Assembly: GCF_006345805.1 (NCBI RefSeq)
Contig: NW_021824557.1
Coordinates: forward strand, 1-18,314
Length of the DNA: 18,314 nt
Direction: 5' to 3'
DNA from: Octopus sinensis
Lineage: Eukaryota
A program made the position numbers and the translations under genes. The first letter of the stretch is position 1; each line of letters begins with the position of its first letter. This document shows, in pieces, positions 12,390-18,314 of the stretch. The notes beneath the pieces were generated by a model. It saw only the letters and a program-made list of their open reading frames with translations. It did no database searches and was not told the DNA's origin.

Positions 12390-12450
12390 CCTGTTCAATT
12401 CCTTGTTTGTCCCCTCTATGTTTATAGCCCCTTGTTGTGTAGTAAGAAAT
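12390..12450 (+). mobile_element. SINE family B internal fragment
   Basis: CCTTGTTTGTCCCCTCTATGTTTATAGCCCCTTGT..GTAGTAAGAAAT matches the reverse complement of 10955-11005. Confidence 0.7.
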
Positions 12451-12504
12451 ATATATATATATATATATATATAGATATATATAAATATAAGATAGTGTGA
12501 GAGA

Positions 12505-12800
12505 GAAGCGACTGGTACTCCGTCGGTTAGGACGACCATTGTTTCCAGTTCATCCGATCGACAGAACAGCCTACTTGTGAAATTAAAATGCAAGTGGTTG
12601 AGCACTCCACCGACACGTATACCCTTAACGTAGTTCTCAAATAGCATGACATAGAATATGACAAGGCCAGTTCTTTGAATTACAGGTACAACTCATTTTT
12701 TGCCATCTCCTGTTCAAGGATACAACGCGCGGCTGGGTATCGAACTCACGACTTTACGATCGTGACTCGAACACCCTAACCACTAAACCAAGAGCACCAA
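12505..12800 (-). mobile_element. tRNA-derived SINE family C
   Basis: Minus-strand head TGGTTTAGTGGTTAGGGTGTTCGAGTCACGATCGTAAAGTCGTGAGTTCGATACC with A and B boxes, followed by a non-tRNA body. Confidence 0.75.
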
Positions 12801-12833
12801 CTATATATGTACGTGTGTATATGTGTATGCATG

Positions 12834-12867
<34 letters not shown>

Positions 12868-13200
12868 TGTATGTATGCATGCATGCATACATGCATGTAT
12901 GTATATATGTATTTTATTTAATTTGCTTTGCGGGAAGGTCTGTTTCAACGAAGTCGCGTCTTGTCCTTGTCTTCGAAACGTGGAGTATATGAAAAGGAGA
13001 CAACTGAAGAAGGGGAATATTCCTTATGTTGTATGTTTCGTTTCTCTGTTTGTTTTTTCGTCGTTCGAAAAAAGTTCTTCTATGTTTTTGCTTTTATGTT
13101 TTAGTTCGCTTTTTCGTTTCTCATGTTTTCAACGTTTTTTTTTTTTTTTTGGTTTTTGATGTCCTGTAACCCATATATACATGTATATGTACATTATATA

Positions 13201-13243
<43 letters not shown>

Positions 13244-13254
13244 TATATATATAT

Positions 13255-13315
<61 letters not shown>

Positions 13316-13324
13316 GGTATGTAC

Positions 13325-13490
13325 ATGGTGGCTGAATCATTAGCATGCCAAGCGAAATGCTTAGCAGTATTTCGTCTGTCACTACTTCTGAGTTCAATTC
13401 CGCCGAGGTCGACATTACCTTTCATCTTTTTTAACGGTAGTGCACCAGCATGGCCGCAGCTCTGAGCTGAAATTAGAGAGAGAAAAAAAA
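13325..13490 (+). mobile_element. SINE family B, short copy with LINE-type 3' tail
   Basis: TGGCTGAATCATTAGCATGCC...GAGTTCAATTCCGCCGAGGTCGAC, then CGGTAGTGCACCAGCATGGCCGC. Confidence 0.8.
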
Positions 13491-14120
13491 TTATGTATGT
13501 ATGTATGTATGTATGTACGTATGCATGCATATATTCAAGCGAGTGCATACACACACAAACACACACACACACACACACGGATACACATACACACATACGT
13601 ACACACATCTAGGTAATCCACTTTTTAGCCTAAATGTGGCCAATTTTAAAGTATTTTTCTGCTTTCATACCACTAAATGCGCGTACGTGTCAATAAATAC
13701 ATAAATGGTCGTGTATGCTTGTATGTGAGTGTATATATATGTGTGTGTGTGTTTGTATGGAGGGAGGTATGTTTATACGTATGCTATCCTTATATGTATA
13801 TACGAATACGTATACATGCAAACATGCGAGGAAATCAACTGAATGATGGCAGAAAATCCCGCTGCGCCCTCCGGATGTGCGGGGCTCTTATGAACTCATG
13901 TCACGGCTAGTTTTTAGGAGTTTATTAGAATTTCATAGACTATCGCATTTTTAAGTTGAACTCCACACCAGTGTTTCCCGGTAACCTCTGTAAGTCTAAG
14001 AATTTGAATTCAAAATGCAAAGACGGTAAACTGACGCTTCAGGCGTAGCATCGGACATCCAAACAAATTCGCCATTTCATATTGGCACTTTATTTTCATA
14101 GACACACACATACATACATA

Positions 14121-14166
<46 letters not shown>

Positions 14167-14208
14167 CTGTATGTGGATGTGTGTGTGTATATATATATAT
14201 ATATACTC

Positions 14209-14395
14209 TATTTAAAGCAGCAGAAAATTCAACAAAACCTGTTACTTTGAGTTTCAACGGGAGAACTCAGAGTAACAGGTTTTGTTGAATTTTCTGCTGC
14301 TTTTAAATAAAGCATATTACTCTACCACTGGTATTTGAGTACTCTTTTTTCCACCTTGTTTCACATTTATGTGTTACTTCCGGTATACTCCGGTA
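14209..14395 (+). mobile_element. Penelope-like terminal fragment H1 with inverted partial copy (hairpin)
   Basis: 14255-14395 is homologous to 2054-2182. 14214-14246 is the perfect reverse complement of 14271-14303. Confidence 0.75.
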
Positions 14396-14525
14396 TATAT
14401 ATATATATATAAATATATATATATATAACGGGAAGCTTTATGAAAATAGACAAAAGATGAAGGCAGGTGGAAAACAAACGAACAATTGTATTAGTATGGC
14501 GCTCAGGAAATATAAATAAAACAAG

Positions 14526-14563
14526 TCTTTAACGTTTCGAGCCTACGCTCTTCAACAGAAAGA
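14526..14563 (-). ncRNA. Minimal hammerhead motif (family H3) in a TA-flanked module 14428-14593
   Basis: Minus strand: TCTTT, CTGTTGA, A, GAGC-GTAG-GCTC, GAAA, CG, TT, AAAGA. Homologous to 11889-11926. Confidence 0.7.
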
Positions 14564-14801
14564 TACACAGAGAGAAAAAAAACACAGAAGGAAATATATA
14601 TATATATATATAATAGTATAAATTAGAAAAAATTATAAATAAATTGGTGTTTTTATCTTATATTTAATTTTTTCTATAGGATGTGACTTTTTTCTAAATG
14701 GTATAATTTAATTTTTTTTATTGTTGAATGGATAAAAGGAATTTTTTTTCTAATTTATATATATATATTGTTGTTGTTGTTGTTGCTATTATTATTATTA
14801 G

Positions 14802-14961
14802 TTCGCCTGTCGCTACTTTCTGAGATCAAATTTCGCCGAGGTCGACTTTGCATTTTATCCTTTCGGGGTCGATAAATTAAGTACCAATGAAACACCGTGG
14901 TCGATGTAATTTCAGGCCTTGTACCTATAGTAGAAAGGATTATCATTATTATTATTATTAA

Positions 14962-15010
<49 letters not shown>
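14802..15010 (+). mobile_element. SINE family B, 5'-truncated, with (ATT)n tail
   Basis: CGCCGAGGTCGACTTTGC..CCTTTCGGGGTCGATAAATTAAGTACCA..CAGGCCTTGTACCTATAGTAGAAAGG followed by (ATT)n. Confidence 0.82.
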
Positions 15011-15450
15011 GAGTAAGAGAGCGGTGCATACCATCAAGGCGACATTGGGGTACAAATATGCGAAGCCCAATATACCCATCGTGACTACCCGTCTGATAAA
15101 GGTTTATCAGGCACATGCATCACAACAATATGTGTGCAATATGGTGATATCATATCAAGATAGACAGCGCACGACCTTGTAGATGGAGCCCAGTTAAAAT
15201 TTTCTTCAAGCCCATCTCGTTCAAAAGGTCGCTGAATAATGGATATCTAAGGATGCTGAACGAAACAGCCATGTTTCCAAGGGTGAATTATTCAATCCTC
15301 AAAGATACTCTCTCACTACTATGATGCTCGCCCACTACTCCTGCTCGTGATCAAAGATGCACACATCGGCAGCCACCAAGGAATATACTCAACTGGTTAA
15401 GGTCAAGCAACTGGAAAGCAAATCTCTGGTAGTGAGCAGAAAATTTGCTA
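15011..15450. mobile_element. Unclassified interspersed repeat abutting (ATT)n, possibly a non-LTR 3' UTR on minus
   Basis: Sharp boundary at the (ATT)n tract and higher GC. Recalled as a common cephalopod repeat, but there is no second copy in the window. Confidence 0.35.
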
Positions 15451-16169
15451 TCACCTTTCATCAGATACCTTCATCATTCCTGTGTAGATGTAAGCTTTAT
15501 TCCAAATATTTCGGTCATTTAATTAATCTCAGATCTTCATTTTGAGAAGAAAACAAAAAAATTCTGGGAGTTTATTTCTTTATTTTTTCATCTATTTTTT
15601 TCCCGGAATATGAAGAATATTATGCGAATAAGTAGCCTGAACGGAACGGTCTTTATCAACAGGATTACTGTTGCTGCATATGAGAATTTTTTTATCAGCC
15701 ATGAATCTGACAAGGTTGCTTGTTGTTATTGTTGTTTTTGATACTGTTGTTGCTTGATAATGCAACTAGATACGTTTTATGCAAAACCTATGCATTACCT
15801 AAACATTATTACTAAAGCAAAAAGAAAAAAAAAATACATTCTGTTTGAACTGGTATTCTTAGTGAAACCGTATTAAATCACACTACGCAATAACTGTATC
15901 TATGAAATTGCTGCAGCTAAAACTGCTTTAGTTTCATGCAGTTATTGGGTCGCAATGTATTCTATCTGCTGACGTCACTCCAATCAATACGGGTGAGGCA
16001 GTGCAATGGCGACCATGCTGTGAAAAAACCATATCGGCTACACATAAACATGAATCCTTCTTATAAATATGAGAACATATCTAAGTTCAATGTATGCTCG
16101 TATGTCTACAATCAATTGTATCGAGTGAAGAACATAGGGCGTACATTGTGAAATTATATATATATATAT

Positions 16170-16490
16170 CACTGTGATCACCGTGACCGACCAGGCTATC
16201 AGATGTTGCTACACATCGCTGGTCACAATGCGCTTCGCATTGTTTTAGCCTTCAAATGACGCCACCCCGCTGGCTAAGCGAGCAGGCCAACAAAAGAAAG
16301 AGTGAGAGAAAGTTGTGGCGAAAGAGTACAGCAGGGATCGCCAACAGCCCCTGCCGGAGCCTCGTGGAGCTTTAGGTGTTTTTTCGCTCAATAAAGGTGT
16401 CAACACTCAACCGCCCGGTCTGGAATCGAAAACCGCGGATCCTACGACGCGAGTCCGCTGCTCTAACCACTAGGCCATTGCGCCGCCACT
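16170..16490 (-). mobile_element. tRNA-derived SINE family D
   Basis: Minus head GGCGCAATGGCCTAGTGGTTAGAGCAGCGGACTCGCG...GGTTTTCGATTCC. (TA)n on both flanks. Confidence 0.8.
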
Positions 16491-16629
16491 ATATATATAT
16501 CTATATATGTATATATATATAGTATATATATATATTATTTATATAATATGTATATCTGTATATTATATATATGTATATATATATATATATATATAATATA
16601 TATATATAATATATATATATATACTTATA

Positions 16630-17375
16630 TAAGGGTATCCCAGAATTAAGGCACCAACTTTTTTTCAATTTTGCCAAAATAAAATACTGTTAGGCGTAGG
16701 AGTGGCTGTGTGGTAAGTAGTTTGCTGACCAACTACATGGTTCCGAGTTCAGTCCCACTGCATGGCACCTTGGGCGAGTGTTTTCTACGATAGCCTCTGG
16801 TCGACCAAAGCGTTGTGAGCGGATTTGGTAGACGGAAACTGGAAGAAGCTGATAACGCGAAGTAATGCTTTTAAACACCAAGAAACATTTAGTTCGGTAT
16901 TTGTGAGCATTCCCGTTCAATGGCTGTTGTCAAATCGTCGACTGTTACTGACTTTGTACTGTAAACTTTATCTTGTAAGAATTGCCGGGCAAAATCTTAC
17001 CAAAGTAAGCCTTTACATTACTATGGTAGTGTGGGAGTGCCCCATCTTGCTGAAAATATAATTCCACGTCTTCAAAGCCCTCTTAAATGCTTAACACGAC
17101 ATATTATCGCAGCATGCTGAAGTAAATGCAGTCATAGTATTGTCAAAAGAGAATGGTTCAGTTAATTTTTCTGGTGGTATTCCACACGATACTGTAACAG
17201 CTACTAAATTAAGATTTAACGTTACAGCGTTTTCTAAAGCCCGTCGGCCTTTTAGGGTCTAAAGAGATACTGTAAAGCTGAGCACTTTAGGAATATGAAA
17301 TCCACGGTAACAACATAGATCAGCCATATCTACTGCTCTATAACTTAGATTGTGCTTTTCTTTTGGGTTTATGAT
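16630..17375 (-). pseudogene. Decayed Tc1/mariner-superfamily transposase (DDxD, rosa/maT-like), split by a SINE
   Basis: Minus translation: LNLVAVTVSCGIPPEKLTEPFSFDNT, YFQQDGALPHYHSNVKAYF..ILPG, LQDKVYSTK..TVDDL..AIERECSQIP..SITSRYQ. TIR-like end TAAGGGTATCCC at ~16630. Confidence 0.8.
16693..16849 (+). mobile_element. SINE family A, 5' half
   Basis: GGCGTAGGAGTGGCTGTGTGGTAAGTAG...GAGTTCAGTCCCACTGC...GGTAGACGGAAACTGGAAGAAGC. Confidence 0.88.
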
Positions 17376-17417
17376 TTACTGAATATATAATACACACACA
17401 CACACACACACGCGCGT

Positions 17418-18196
17418 GTCTGAACGTGTCAAAGTGCTCTCATCTGCCTGTTGGCTCTTCTCCTGCAACTCAACTTGATTTCGAGCCGGGTCGTCTGCTG
17501 CTGGAGAGGACCGACCAGGTAAAGGACCTGGGTATCTTGATGGATTCTTCCTTTTCGCCTTCGGCCTAGTGCGTCCATGCTGCCAACAAAGCACGCGGAG
17601 TTCTGTTTTTGATTCGACGGTCATTCGGTATGCTCACAGCAGTCATATTCCTACCGCTCTATGTCACGCTGGTGAGACCCATATTGGATTACGGGATTCA
17701 AGCCTCTTCTCCTTATCTCCTCAAAGACATACATCATCTCGAAAGAGTCCAGAAGCTGGCTACCCGCATGGTTCTTGGTCTCAAGCATTTGTTTTAGGCT
17801 GAAGACGCTCGACCTTTGTTCTCTAGAAAAACGACGACGCCGTGGTGATCTCATTCTTGCTCACAACATCATAAGTGGAAAGTGTAACCTCTCGAAAGAG
17901 CTGTTTCTTCACTCCTGCTCCAGAGCGTCGGCTGCGGGGTCACTCCGAAAAGCTCTATCTGCGACGATTCATCTCAATCGAAGGAAGGGCTTTCTTCGTC
18001 CGGGTTGCGGATCCGTGGAATAAGCTGCCGGACGATAGTGGAAGATGCCGACGACCGCTCGGTTCAAAGTCTCCCGTAACCACAAATGGCCTGAACTCTT
18101 TGCATGAACACCACCCTGTACATAACTTCATGTCCCCCTACATGGCCTTGCTTTTTGCTTTTTGAGCCAAGAAATTAACTTAACTAACTTAACTTA
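17418..18196 (+). mobile_element. CR1-group LINE 3' fragment
   Basis: LNVSKC, KDLGI, LYVTLVRPILDYG..SPYL.KDI..LERVQKLATRMV, SLEKRRRRGDLI, LRGHSEKL, FFVRV..WNKLP. Ends in a (TAAC/TTAAC)n tail at 18172-18196. Confidence 0.9.
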
Positions 18197-18314
18197 CAGG
18201 CACTTAGCTTTTTATATTATCGCTCAGAAATTAAGTAATTCTATTCCACTGAGCCTTTTGCTAAATTTTGCTCGAAGAAATGTTGCCGTTGTATTTCGAA
18301 AATATTTTTCTATC

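Noticed and set aside
12960-13030. GAAACGT (12975) and CTGAAGA (13003) as a permuted hammerhead
   Set aside because: The cleavage triplet would be GUG, and stems I and II cannot be formed convincingly.
16410-16490. tRNA gene (also 12730-12800)
   Set aside because: The cloverleaf is incomplete and continues into a SINE body, so these are SINE heads.
17113-17140. HAEVNAV deaminase-like motif on +
   Set aside because: Preceded by a stop, has no PCxxC, and lies antisense to the transposase fossil.

Overview
AT-rich, microsatellite-saturated eukaryotic genomic DNA. The SINE families and (TA)n/(CATA)n density resemble an octopus genome; this is from recall, not a search. No intact host gene can be supported, and most listed ORFs are microsatellite translations or fragments of decayed transposons. 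The window is a nested transposon graveyard. It holds a decayed Chapaev3-like DDE transposase (~1190-1875) and a 2.8-kb CR1/L2-group LINE with a CCCH-finger ORF1 remnant, APE and RT (5080-7920). It also holds a second CR1-group LINE 3' end (17418-18196), two Tc1/mariner transposase remnants each split by a SINE, a 3' stub of an RLE-type retrotransposon inside (CATA)n, and copies of at least four tRNA-derived SINE families. The most interesting signal is five minimal type-I hammerhead ribozyme motifs in three families, carried on short modules typical of Penelope-like element termini and mostly (TA)n-flanked, plus a 33-bp perfect hairpin built from one family. Two different SINE families also share a 3' stem-loop with the adjacent LINE.
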